Shown: piece by piece, positions 46,901-56,636 of the stretch
Position numbering within the stretch: position 1 is the stretch's first letter
Layout of the letters: each line of letters begins with the position of its first letter
Source: Mantamonas sphyraenae STR306
Lineage: Eukaryota > Protista > CRuMs
Assembly (NCBI GenBank): GCA_026936335.1
Contig: JAPMXV010000045.1
Location: forward strand, 1 to 64,000
Length of the DNA stretch: 64,000 nucleotides
Reading direction: 5' to 3'
Made by a program: the position numbers and the translations under genes
Notes under the pieces: generated by a model
The model's database searches: none
What the model was told of the DNA's origin: nothing
Seen by the model: the letters and a program-made list of their open reading frames with translations, nothing else

Positions 46901-49425
46901 CGTGCATCGATGAGCGCAGCATTGCGCAGTTTCTCCAGGCTGCCCAGCTCAACCACACACGATGAGGACGCCAAACGCTCAGTCTGGTCCGTGTCCAACG
47001 TCGGTGTTGTCATCCCGACAAATACTTCCCACTCGTCGTCCCAAGGATCCGGCAAGATCGTGTTGATCGCCGAGTCCAGTCGGGAGGCCCCGTTGCCATC
47101 ATCATTGTCGTCTTGCTGTTTGAACACATAGTCAATGGCGTTGCTGACCCTCGTGTTCCACACGTCCGCCTCGTCAGAACTTGGGCCCACGGCACCGATG
47201 ATGGCAGCCAGCTGTTGGTTGTCGCCCACAAAGACGTCCATGGAGGCATCAACACCCGCCTTCTTCATCGCCTCAGTCAACTCCGTATTGAGCTGTTTGC
47301 GGACGGTGCTGGGGAGCACGCCCCGCATCTTGCTCAGCCGCTCGCGCATTCCTCTGTCGCCGTGCTTATTGCACAGGGTCACCCACTTCTTGACTGACAG
47401 CATGTTGTTGTACATGGACGCAGGGTTGGTGTACTCGATTTTGTCTGTGTTCCGCGCCGCAGCGACGAGGCCTTCCACACCATTGGCCGTGGGGTCCACC
47501 GTCACCGGGTGTGCGTGACGTTTCGCGATGTTCTGCAATGGCTCATGTGTTGCATCGTGTCGCTTGGTGGCCTCCCAGCGGCTCCGGACCTGGTCCTTCA
47601 GATTCGCAATCGAGCCACGCAGGGTCTGCACCCCGCACAGCGTGCGTGCGTGCTCCACCACGTCTCCTGGTGGGAGCAGACGTGGCATTCGCATTGTTTC
47701 TTGCTCGGTTACGGCATAGTCGTTGACGTACGCATGAAACAGGGAGCCAATGTGTCCGCTGCCGGACAGGTCAACCTGGCCCAGAACTTGAGGAAGAGGC
47801 AATCCGTCAGTGTTGAGCTCAGCTTCCTTTCCACCCGTACCGAACAATGCATCCCATGTGTTCAATGACGTCAGTGCCTTGATCGTGTGGTCGTTGAAGC
47901 CGAGCTGGACCAGGTGTAGTTTGACGGCAGCAATATACTTCTGAGCATGCTCCTGGACAAGGTCCATGTGCTTGGAAGCAGGCTGTGTGCCACATTTCCC
48001 ATGTAGCAGATGTCCCACAGATTTGTCGTCCACCAGGATTGGTGCGTAGATGAACGACAACAGGCTCCCACCGCTCGCCAGCAGCACATCCAGGCTCTCG
48101 GCGTCCAGCCGCACCATGTTGCGGCGTGGGGCTCGCACAGCTGCCTCAACGTCACTCGAGAGGAGCAATGCCGCGACGAGTGACATCAAACGGCCGAGGT
48201 GTGGCTCGACGATTGCGAAGCCCAAACGAGGATGCAGCAGAAGCACAGGGTGCTCAGTCACCATATAACCCCAATCACTGTCATGAAGAGTAGTCACCAA
48301 GCTGATGTCCTGTTGGTTGTTGTACATCCGCACCACCTCGTTCTTGACGTCGTCGGCCAGGCAGGCGCCAGCGTTGTCCTGCTCAACCATCTCGTTGCCA
48401 AGCTCGTACGCATCATGCAGGGAACAAAGGTGTTGTACAGCGTGATAGATGGCCACCTGGGCCTTCCCTGTCAAGCACAGGGTATGGCCGTGTCCCACTC
48501 GCTGCAAGTCAACATCTTCCGGTGTCAACTTGCGCACGGTCTTGCACATGGTCGCCACATGCGCAAGCGTATCCTCCAGGCGCCTCAGATGTGTGCCAAA
48601 GCTGACCGAGTTGCTTTGTTCATCCAGAAACTCTGGTTTGAGGTCGACAATGAGCACATACGTGACACTCGCAGCATGCCTGAGGTCCACACGCAGTTCC
48701 GTGGCCGCCTTTTCAGCCTCGACGCACTGTGTTACCAGCTCACGCACCTTCTCCTCGGGTACGTCCGCTACGCGGGCGGCTGCTTCGAGTTCCGTGTGCA
48801 CAATCGAGCTGATGTCCACCAGGACTTTCACGTCACCATGAAGCTGAGTCATGCCTTGGTTGAATTTGATGCCAAAGGTAGCCATGATCTCTCTCTGCCG
48901 CTTGGCTTTGCCACTGCCTCCTCGACGTCCAGGGGCCAGTTCGAACGTCACCTCGCCGGGAGACGGTTTCCGTTTTTTGCCCTGTCCCGCTTTCTTCGGA
49001 CTTCTCGCGACCGGGCTGTACCCCTCATCCTCGCTGTGCTCCTCATCCTCGCTGTACTCCTCGTAGTCGCCATAACCCGATTCCGTGTCCATAGCAGCCT
49101 CAGCAGCCTCAGCAGCCTCAGCAGCTGCCGCTTCAAACATGCTGATGCTTCCCACATTTCTGTCCTTCGCGCTGTGGCGCCGCACAGAGTCCACCACAGT
49201 CTCCCGGGCGCTTCCACCAAGCACACACACATCACAGAATCGTTCTTGCAGTCCCACGCCATTGTCACAATGAACAGAAGCACAGACGTGGCAGCGGGAA
49301 CGCTTCACTCCTGACCGCTCTGAACTCGAAAGACCGTCCTCATCGTAGTTGTCAACGGCGATGTTGCTGTGGCTACGTTTCCGTTTGTCACTATGCTTTG
49401 AATGCTTTGCGTGGTGTTCGCTCAT
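43984..49425 (-). CDS. Giant Fanzor/TnpB-family RNA-guided nuclease-like protein (1,813 aa)
   Basis: RuvC-I FLAMDPG (D1526), LCIGDG...RGG, Fanzor-type RuvC-II VVRVCECNTT (E1714), Zn finger CPTC...CKRC, and RuvC-III HRDFASAQAI (D1753). Intronless. Confidence 0.85.
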   Translation of the reverse strand: MSEHHAKHSKHSDKRKRSHSNIAVDNYDEDGLSSSERSGVKRSRCHVCASVHCDNGVGLQERFCDVCVLGGSARETVVDSVRRHSAKDRNVGSISMFEAAAAEAAEAAEAAMDTESGYGDYEEYSEDEEHSEDEGYSPVARSPKKAGQGKKRKPSPGEVTFELAPGRRGGSGKAKRQREIMATFGIKFNQGMTQLHGDVKVLVDISSIVHTELEAAARVADVPEEKVRELVTQCVEAEKAATELRVDLRHAASVTYVLIVDLKPEFLDEQSNSVSFGTHLRRLEDTLAHVATMCKTVRKLTPEDVDLQRVGHGHTLCLTGKAQVAIYHAVQHLCSLHDAYELGNEMVEQDNAGACLADDVKNEVVRMYNNQQDISLVTTLHDSDWGYMVTEHPVLLLHPRLGFAIVEPHLGRLMSLVAALLLSSDVEAAVRAPRRNMVRLDAESLDVLLASGGSLLSFIYAPILVDDKSVGHLLHGKCGTQPASKHMDLVQEHAQKYIAAVKLHLVQLGFNDHTIKALTSLNTWDALFGTGGKEAELNTDGLPLPQVLGQVDLSGSGHIGSLFHAYVNDYAVTEQETMRMPRLLPPGDVVEHARTLCGVQTLRGSIANLKDQVRSRWEATKRHDATHEPLQNIAKRHAHPVTVDPTANGVEGLVAAARNTDKIEYTNPASMYNNMLSVKKWVTLCNKHGDRGMRERLSKMRGVLPSTVRKQLNTELTEAMKKAGVDASMDVFVGDNQQLAAIIGAVGPSSDEADVWNTRVSNAIDYVFKQQDDNDDGNGASRLDSAINTILPDPWDDEWEVFVGMTTPTLDTDQTERLASSSCVVELGSLEKLRNAALIDARAVEELNLMMHAFGLITAIQSDLLECGTFHPTKELKNVLSACLQLKRGRFYLKAAPGMDLSCQATPKLHKFPKYISVTSDLVLSRKQSGGVVAEYLDEQGAEKKREGIDLRILPSGTFQTLCRRGAALVVTSWKVMLINQAVDNLVDLVVASDGDVARRDVVTVVKRLHQGGDEDEETDVPDTPTRKACEHAVAAVLREVAGVSVDKYKKLMGKSASNDSSVPSHECAYKLASACQSARKLYPDKHSFHHQLALERELLFGRWALSALCDGLLAVCREDGVDTMLAWSVLCGALTSSPGACSEEGEYFPPLCLQCVAGDPCDCDVGMWLKGAKLAENTAHVHALRASIAWHLANMGDENENSSSGAGGAGGALFSQDAIKAMQVCASRCANGSARIVTHKDDRNIPGEELGSYTDPLLLAAFDVFAVLDPLHAPRISKTPFVNDGHLSVRLFSAVHALNVRHWQIPGGPGQRRLYLLEHLILPHERLSLFPTLRACLNLLLHPTATSDTDRVTDALLLRFLQGDVRFLEDAPRAERAQSSPFLSHSTPRYNYSIVGKGPLDGTQTRGRDKDAHTEDQGNQRRLIERVAAVTIRLCQVAMYVAAHQRRERGNEEEAGDGAARTQTEAVHKLLRKWLPQSADKIIALKLCPESMEHTRRPHGVVSSFSRLLPLSSKANARLQFLAMDPGISNAPSALYIPRKELVEKDNVLHFADAWRFSPPSLGAMERRTGVKRDNALLSVAVREKMQVLRSKRAGLFADAHTAARIGRVVRSQCSGKNVASSEQGSSAHSHEGCSQGGDSKTHDRREQKRRIRKMRERWLAQVRATEKMELGKGQLRRITLLCIGDGYKGGRGGVKKLEALAAHNMLVVRVCECNTTLRCPTCGSVHESKHGSARTARVKFCKRCNMHRHRDFASAQAIANKVFAALRGHTIWCMTKVWQRSQIGRTFRSKIGLPENVDGEAETLEANSSAG

Positions 49426-49676
49426 TGTGCGCTTTTACTTGCCCAAGGTGGCGCAGCTTGTTTGGCCTTCGTCTACAGGCCATATGGGCCAAATACGAAA
49501 CGAGCACAGCCCCATGACACACAAAAGCAGGTTCCATGCCAAAGTTGGAATGAGCAAACCTCAGAAAGGGGATTTGCATTGGCAACTGGGTTTGCGGCGC
49601 GAAGCTCAGCTTCTGACCCGAACGGACTGTATTCCGTCGCCCTCAGGCAACCAACGCATCTGAATACACCGCCCAC

Positions 49677-52600
49677 ATGAGCGAAAACGAGGACATGGAA
49701 AGCCCCTTGGCTGAGCGCTGGCGTCAGACAAAGATCCTGCTGCGCAAGAACTGGATCTTGATCAAGCGCAACCGAAGGTCGACACTTCTGCAAATCATTG
49801 TGCCCTTCCTCTTTGTCCTGCTGCTGTACATCTTCCAGATTGCTCTCACCAGTAACAACGAGAGGCAAGCCTTCCTCAAGAACAGTACGTGTCCACGCTC
49901 GCCCAACCCTCCGGCGCCGTCCAAACGGCACCGAACGACCTTCCCCCCGCCGAAAAGAGCCGCCTACCTGTCCTTCGTTCGGCCACCGCGCATCGCGTGA
50001 CATCGGCCTCCTGCATGTTGCACCCGCCATCTCTTTGGGATGTGGCTGTCCTCTGTGTTTTGCATGTGCTACCTCAGACCCACCGTCTTGTCCGTGGTGG
50101 TCCAGGGCCCTCGTGCTCGGTGCTGAATGCGGCCTCCAACGTCTGCCTCCACCTTGAACTCGCCGACTGGCTCATCGCATGCCGCTTGCCCTCTGTGCGA
50201 CCATTCTCGTGTTACATGTGCCCGAGTGCATGTGTGCGTGCGTACTGGCTGCCCACATGCCCTGTGCATCCTGTTTTCGGGCGGCCTGCCCGTTGGCGGA
50301 GGATTTCGACGCCGTGGGAACTGAAATCAGCAAACCTGTGGTCCAGCCACAGAAGTTGCCTTGTTGCATGCCCTCTCCTCCACTGCCTTGACCCATGCAT
50401 CCAAGTCTGTACAGCGCAGATTTCACCGTCCCACCACCATTCAGTCATGTACAATCGGCGCCGTGAAAAACCTGCCGTTTCGCTCACGCACCCACCCACT
50501 CTCGTGCCCCTCGCACAGCGCCCAACTCGCCCACGGTGTCCTTTGGCAAGGTGCCGCGATGCATTGTGGGTGAAGGCAAGAAAGAATGCTTGACATTGGC
50601 GTGGACGTCAAATAACAACACTCACTTCCAGCCACTCGTGGACGATCTACTGGCCAAGGAAGGCATTCCCAGCAAGGAAGCACGCGCGTTTGACTCGACA
50701 GATGCGATGGACGACTTTATGCGCCTGAATCCAAATGTGACCCAGGCCGCATACGTCCTGACGCGCGACTACAACACAACGGACGGCACGCCCGTGCCCG
50801 TCTACCGCTACGCTGTGCAGTACAACCAGTCGGCGATTGTTGTCAAGGGCACTACCATCAGCCCATTTGAGTACCTGCTCCTCCCGTATCAGGACGCCAT
50901 CGAGCGCGCCCTGCTGCGCTTCATCACCGGCGACAGCAACGCAGAGCTCAACACGCGCATGCGCGAGTTTGCTCATCCGGCTCTGTCCAACACAGACGTC
51001 ATTGCCACGCGTGGTCCCTCCTTCTTCTTTGGCGCCCTCATGTTCAACTTTGTCATCCAGCTCGGCCAGATTGTTACCGAGAGTGAGAACAAACTGCGCG
51101 AGGGCATGAACCTCATGGGCCTCAAGGACTCGGTGTTCTGGTTCACTTGGTGGATGACCAACACCATCCTCAACATCATCTCAGCCTGCGTCCTCGTCCT
51201 CTCTGGCTGGATCTTTGGCTTTGACTTTTTCGTCAAGAACGACTTTGGCACATACTTTGTGCTCTTCATCCTCTTTGCCGTCTCCATGGTTCCTCTGGTG
51301 TTTCTCATTTCGGTGTTTGTGTCCCGCTCGCGCACAGCAACCTCTCTGGGCTTTGTTGTGTATCTCATCGGCACCATCATCCAGGGTTTCGCTGCCCTCG
51401 CTTTCACCGAAGAGTTTGAAGCCTTTTGGCGCGTTGTCTTCTCCTTCCTGCCCTTTGCCCTGCTCAGCAAGGGCATTTCCGACCTTGCCGCTCAGACCGA
51501 CGATCCGAGCAAAACGGGTCTGCGCTGGTCCGAGATTGCCGACAACGAGTGGTTCTCCCTCCAGGACGTGTTCACCTGGTACATCATCGACTTTGTCGTG
51601 TTCTTCCTGCTGGCCATCTACTTTGACAACGTCCTGCAAGGCAACTACGGCATCGCCAAGCCGTTCTACTACTTCCTCACCCGCGAGTACTGGCTCGGCC
51701 CGGACCCCAACAACGTGGACAAGGCCGACCTGGAGGAGCGCACCCTGGAAGATGAAGACGACATCGACGACGACGTGCGCAAGGAGCGCGATCTCGTGCG
51801 CGAGAACAAGGACCTGGGACCCGTTGCCGTGCGCATCGTCAACCTCGTCAAGACATTCTATCGCTACAAGTGGCTGTGCATCCCGGACCACGACGGCGAC
51901 TTTACTGCCGTGCATGGCATCTGCTTGAGCATCCCTGAGGGCCAGCTTCTGTGTCTGCTGGGCCACAACGGCGCAGGCAAGACCACAACCATCAGCATGC
52001 TCACGGGCATGATCGGCCCCTCGGCAGGCACTGCCTACATTTTTGGCAACAGCATCAACACAAACATGGACAAGATCCGCCAGGTCATGGGTGTCTGCCC
52101 GCAGCACGACATTCTGTGGGATCAGCTCAGCGGCCGCGAGCATCTGGAGATGTTTGCCGCCTTCAAGGGTCTTGAGGGCCCGCAGCTCGCCCTTGCGGTC
52201 GAGGACGGCCTCAAGAGCGTTGGGTTGCACAAAAAGGGCGCACAGGACGTGTCGCAGTACAGTGGTGGCGAGAAGCGCCGTCTTAGCACGGCCATTGCCC
52301 TGATTGCCGACCCGAAGATTGTCTTTTTGGACGAACCCACCACAGGCATGGACCCTGTGTCGCGACGCGACGTGTGGAACCTGATCGAGTCGAGCAAGCG
52401 CGACCGTGTCATTGTGCTCACCACCCACAGCATGGAGGAGGCGGACATCCTTGGCGACCGTGTCGTCATCATGAGCCGCGGCCGCCTGAGCTGCATTGGC
52501 AACTCCCTGCATCTCAAGAATCGTTTCGGTGCAGGCTACCACGTCAGCATCCTCGTGCCAGGCGAGAACATGGACGGGGTCAAGCAGTTTATGCGCGACA

Positions 52601-52809
52601 ACCTGGACGGCATCGAGCCCGAAAACATCAACATTGGCATCCTGGAGTACAACATCGACCGCCCCATGGTGCCCAAGCTTCCCGAGCTCTTTAACAAGCT
52701 CGAGGAGGCGAAGGAGGACCTTGGCATCAACAACGTGCAGGTCAGCCAGTCCACCCTCGAGGAGGTTTTCCTGTCCTTTGGCAACCACGAGGAGGAGAAC
52801 AAGAAGTGA
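49677..52809 (+). CDS. Half-size ABCA-family transporter (1 TMD + 1 NBD), divergent paralogue
   Basis: Exon 1 is 49677-49884 (QTKILLRKNWILIKRN) and the intron is 49885-50518. Motifs ESENKLREGMNLMGL, GHNGAGKTT, GVCPQHDILW, YSGGEKRRL, LDEPTTGMDP, LTTHSMEEAD, TLEEVFL. Confidence 0.95.
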
Positions 52810-52939
52810 GGGAACCCGTGAGAGGCTCCCAAATTGAATACACAACACACACACACACATGCACTGTGCACACCTTTGCATACTTACCGCTCGTTGCGCT
52901 GCGCTCGGCCACCCAGCCCTTGCACCTTCCCACTCGGCC

Positions 52940-55880
52940 ATGATCCTGGACATTGACGGTCTCACCGTCTACTTTCCGTACGAGTACATCTATCCCGAAC
53001 AGTACGGATACATGCTGGAGCTCAAGCGGGCGCTGGTAGGTGTCGTGGGAGCGTGTGTACTCGTGCACATTGGGTCTCGAGAACTTGACCACCTTTCTCT
53101 CCTCCGTCTCTGCACACACTAACAAACACAACCGGGTGGCCACCGCTGCCAAGGATGCCAAGGGCCATTGCTTGTTGGAGATGCCGTCGGGTACAGGCAA
53201 GACAATCTCATGCCTGGCGCTTGTGACGGCGTACCAGCTGGCACACCCAGAGGTCGGCAAGCTTGTGTACTGCTCACGCACGGTGGGAGAGATCGAAAAG
53301 GTGCTGGAAGAGATGAAGGAGCTGCACAAGTTCCAGAGCGAGCAGATTCTGAAACGCACGGGAGAGCGCAGAGCCAAGTTCTTGTGCCTGGGTCTGACAA
53401 GCCGGCGAAACCTCTGTGTGCATCCGGAAGTCACCAAACAGCGCACAAACACAGCCGTGGACGCGCGCTGCCGTGACCTCACCGCCTCCTGGGTGCGTGC
53501 TGCCGCATATGGCGACGACTCGCGCAGGAATGCACCCAGCAGCAGCAGCAGTAGCAGCAGTAGCAGCAGCAGCAGCAGCGGCGGTGGAGGCGGACTTTAC
53601 TCCGCTCTCTCTGCACACAATTCGGACATCCAAGGCGCCATCACCTTCCACCAGGGCGTCAACACCTCCAACGGCGTGGTCAACGCAGACATTGAGCTGT
53701 GCCAGTACTTTGAGGCCTTTGAGAAAGAGGGGTCGGACATCATGCTCCCGTCGGGGGTGTACACCATTGAGGACATCCGAGCGTACGGCAAGAAGAACAG
53801 CTGGTGTCCATACTTTCTCGCGCGACACATGATCAACTTTGCCAACGTGGTCGTCTTCTCCTACCAGTACATGATCGACCCCAAAATCAGCGAGCGAGTC
53901 TCCAAGGAGTTTGGGAAAAACTCCATTGTCGTGTTTGACGAGGCACACAACATCGACAACGTCTGCATCGACGCCCTCAGCATCAACATCGACACACGCG
54001 TGTTGCAAAAGTCCACACGCAATCTCAAGGCCCTGGACAAGGCCATCGGCAAGGCCAAAAAGAGCGACTCGGCACGTCTTCAGAGCGAGTACCAGAAGCT
54101 GGTCGAGGGTCTGGCCAGCACAGGCAACATCACAGTCACAGATGACTTTCGCGCAAATCCCGTGCTCCCCGAGGATATGCTTGCCGAGGCTGTGCCAGGC
54201 AACATTCGCCGAAGCGAGCACTTTGTACGCTTCATGCGCCGCTTTGTCCAGTATCTCAAACAGCGCCTGGACATCAAAAAGACCATCAGTGAGAAACCGC
54301 TCAAGTTCTTGCACGACTTGTATGCAGGCGTGCAAATCGAAGCAAAGACCCTCAAGTTTTGCGTGGAGCGCCTCAACTCGCTGCTGCGCACCCTGGAAAT
54401 CACAGACATGGACGAGTATGCCTCGCTGGCCTCGGTCTGTGACTTTGCCGTGCTGGTCAGCACGTACGCGCAAGGGTTCCTGCTGATTCTTGAGCCTGCC
54501 GATTCGCGCCTGGACTATGCTCCCGACCCGGTTCTCCAGTTCTGCTGTCTGGACGCATCCCTGGCCATGAAGCCCGTGTTTGACAAGTATCAGAGTGTGG
54601 TGATTACGTCGGGCACGCTGTCGCCGCTGGATGTGTATCCGAAGCTGTTGAACTTCAAACCGGTCACTGCACAGTCGTACCCCATGACTCTGTCGCGCAA
54701 GTGCGTTTGTCCTCTCATTGTGTCGCGTGGTAGCGACCAGACACAGCTGCACACGGGCACGACACGCGAACAGCAAGAGAAAGACCGAGAGATCACGTCG
54801 CGTTTCGGCTCGCGCAACTCGCCGGCCGTTATGCTCAACTACGGTCGGCTGCTGCTGGAGATGGCAGCATGTGTGCCAGATGGTATCATCTGCTTCTTCC
54901 CCAGCTATCTGTACATGGAGCAAGTCGTGGCGCACTGGAACGAGCAGGGGGTGTTGACAAAGATCAGCGAACACAAGCTCGTGTTTGTCGAGACCAGCGA
55001 TTTCATGGAAGCCAGCCTGGCTCTGAACAATTATCGCAAAGCGTGTGACAGCGGACGAGGCGCAGTCATGCTCTGTGTGGCACGCGGGAAAATGAGCGAA
55101 GGAATCGATCTCGACCACCACTACGGCCGCTGTGTGATTCTGTTTGGCGTCCCGTACCAGTACACGCAGTCACCCGTGCTCAAGGCACGTCTGGAGTACC
55201 TGCTGGCCCAATTCCGCATTCGTGAAGGCGAGTTTCTCGCCTTTGACGCAATGCGACAGGCTGCACAGTGTGTCGGCCGTGTCATCCGCAACAAGACGGA
55301 CTATGGTCTGATGGTCTTTGGCGACTCACGGTACAAGCACCCACGACGACGCAACAAGCTTCCCTCCTGGATTCTGCAGTTCTTGGGCAACGACTACATG
55401 GACCTCAGCACAGACCAGGCCATGACCATTGCCCGCCGCTTTCTCAAGGAGATGAGTCAGCCCTACAACCCTCAAAACGACATTGGTCATGCGCTGTGGA
55501 GTCTGGATGACGTCAAGAAGCACCAGCGGCTGGTGGAGGCTTCCGGCACGCACAACGACGTCACCAGCTCTTCATCGTCGTCCTCCTCCTCCTCATCTTC
55601 CTCCTCCTCTTCCTCATCCTCTGTAGCCCATGCTCCTCAGCTGGATGATGACGTGCAAGTGCAGCTGGAGCTGGAGGCAATGATGGCTGCCGAGGAGGCA
55701 GAGCGCAAACGAGTTGCCATGGTCAGGGAGGAACAACAGATGCAACTGGACGAGGCAGTCGCCAGAGAACTGGAGGATGGATTTGTGGATGACGGCGGCC
55801 TGGTGGACCAGGTTGTGGACAACGAGCACCTGGAAGGCAGTCAGGGCGTGAGCAAGCGAGCAAAGACAGACTCGACATGA
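52940..55880 (+). CDS. ERCC2: TFIIH helicase XPD/Rad3
   Basis: [25 protein letters not shown], intron 53036-53153, [14 protein letters not shown], Fe-S cysteines (RNLCVHP, RCR, LCQYF, WCPYF), [24 protein letters not shown]. Confidence 0.97.
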
Positions 55881-55904
55881 ACAAACAGCATGCATTCCTC
55901 TCAT

Positions 55905-56615
55905 TCACGTCTTTTCCTCCTCCTCCTCCTCCTTCCCCTGCTCCTTGGCACTGTTGGATGCACCCCTGCGCGCCTTGCGAAACAGAAAGACGCCATCTTC
56001 GGGTGTGTCGAGTGGCACAAAGAACCGGCTCGTCCAGCTTGTCTCGTGGGCGGTCTTTGCATAGTCAAACTCGTGTAGTTGTCGTCTCCATTGGCTCACT
56101 CGCCCATCAAACATGCGCTTGCTGCACTTGCGATGGATATCTGGCGTCCGTGGGTGATGTTTGGCGCGGCGATGTTTGGGCACCATGCTCCTGTATCTCT
56201 GGTACGCCAGTGTGTTCTTTCCCACATTGATGAGCTCCTGGCGCTTCTGTAGCCTGTGGTCGTCCATGTCCTTCAGCTTTGGTGTGTCCTTGGCGTCCCC
56301 GTCGCCCTCCTTGCCTCGCTTTGCGCTCTGTGCCTGTGAACTCTCCACCCCAGCCTTTTTCGCCCGGCCTCGCCCTCCTTCCAGCGCCTCTTTGAGCTCC
56401 TCCATGGTCTTTGGTCTCTCGTCTGCAGGTGTCAGGTTGTCCATGGCCTGGATGATGCTCAGGCCGGAAGCAGACACATCTGTGGCCACGTCCGCTTCGT
56501 CGTCCACTGCGTCGCTGCCCTTCATTTGGTCCAGCAGACGCAGAACAAGCCCTTGCATGGGTGAGAGAGGGAGACAGCCTCTATGCGCATCAAACCTCCT
56601 GTGCTGCTGTGCCAT
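55905..56615 (-). CDS. SLBP: Histone mRNA stem-loop binding protein
   Basis: RNA-binding domain RLQKRQELINVGKNTLAYQRY...HPRTPD...SKRMFDGRVSQWRRQLHEFD. Exact start uncertain. Confidence 0.9.
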   Translation of the reverse strand: MAQQHRRFDAHRGCLPLSPMQGLVLRLLDQMKGSDAVDDEADVATDVSASGLSIIQAMDNLTPADERPKTMEELKEALEGGRGRAKKAGVESSQAQSAKRGKEGDGDAKDTPKLKDMDDHRLQKRQELINVGKNTLAYQRYRSMVPKHRRAKHHPRTPDIHRKCSKRMFDGRVSQWRRQLHEFDYAKTAHETSWTSRFFVPLDTPEDGVFLFRKARRGASNSAKEQGKEEEEEEKT

Positions 56616-56636
56616 TCATGTTCATCTCGCGTGCTT

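Larger units (their letters stand above)
43860..49600 (-). mobile_element. Probable Fanzor-carrying non-autonomous or domesticated element; boundaries approximate
   Basis: Intronless TnpB-superfamily ORF separating a divergent ABCA gene pair. No transposase, TIR or TSD was convincingly identified. Confidence 0.4.

Noticed and set aside
43984-49425. Bacterial contamination, or a CRISPR-Cas12 / IS605 locus
   Set aside because: The ORF is embedded between spliced eukaryotic genes on a telomere-bearing contig. There is no CRISPR array, cas1/cas2 or tnpA, and the catalytic Glu position is Fanzor-like.
49460-49495. Nested inverted repeats TTTGGCC...AGGCCA...GGCCAAA upstream of the Fanzor ATG, as a left-end hairpin
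   Set aside because: Short stems with no counterpart at the other end, so they cannot be supported without additional copies.
43802-49607. 8-bp direct repeat CGAAGCTC (43802 and 49600) as a target-site duplication, and CGCCCTCAG at ~43979 and ~49638
   Set aside because: No adjoining terminal inverted repeats, matches this short are expected by chance, and one copy overlaps the stop codon.
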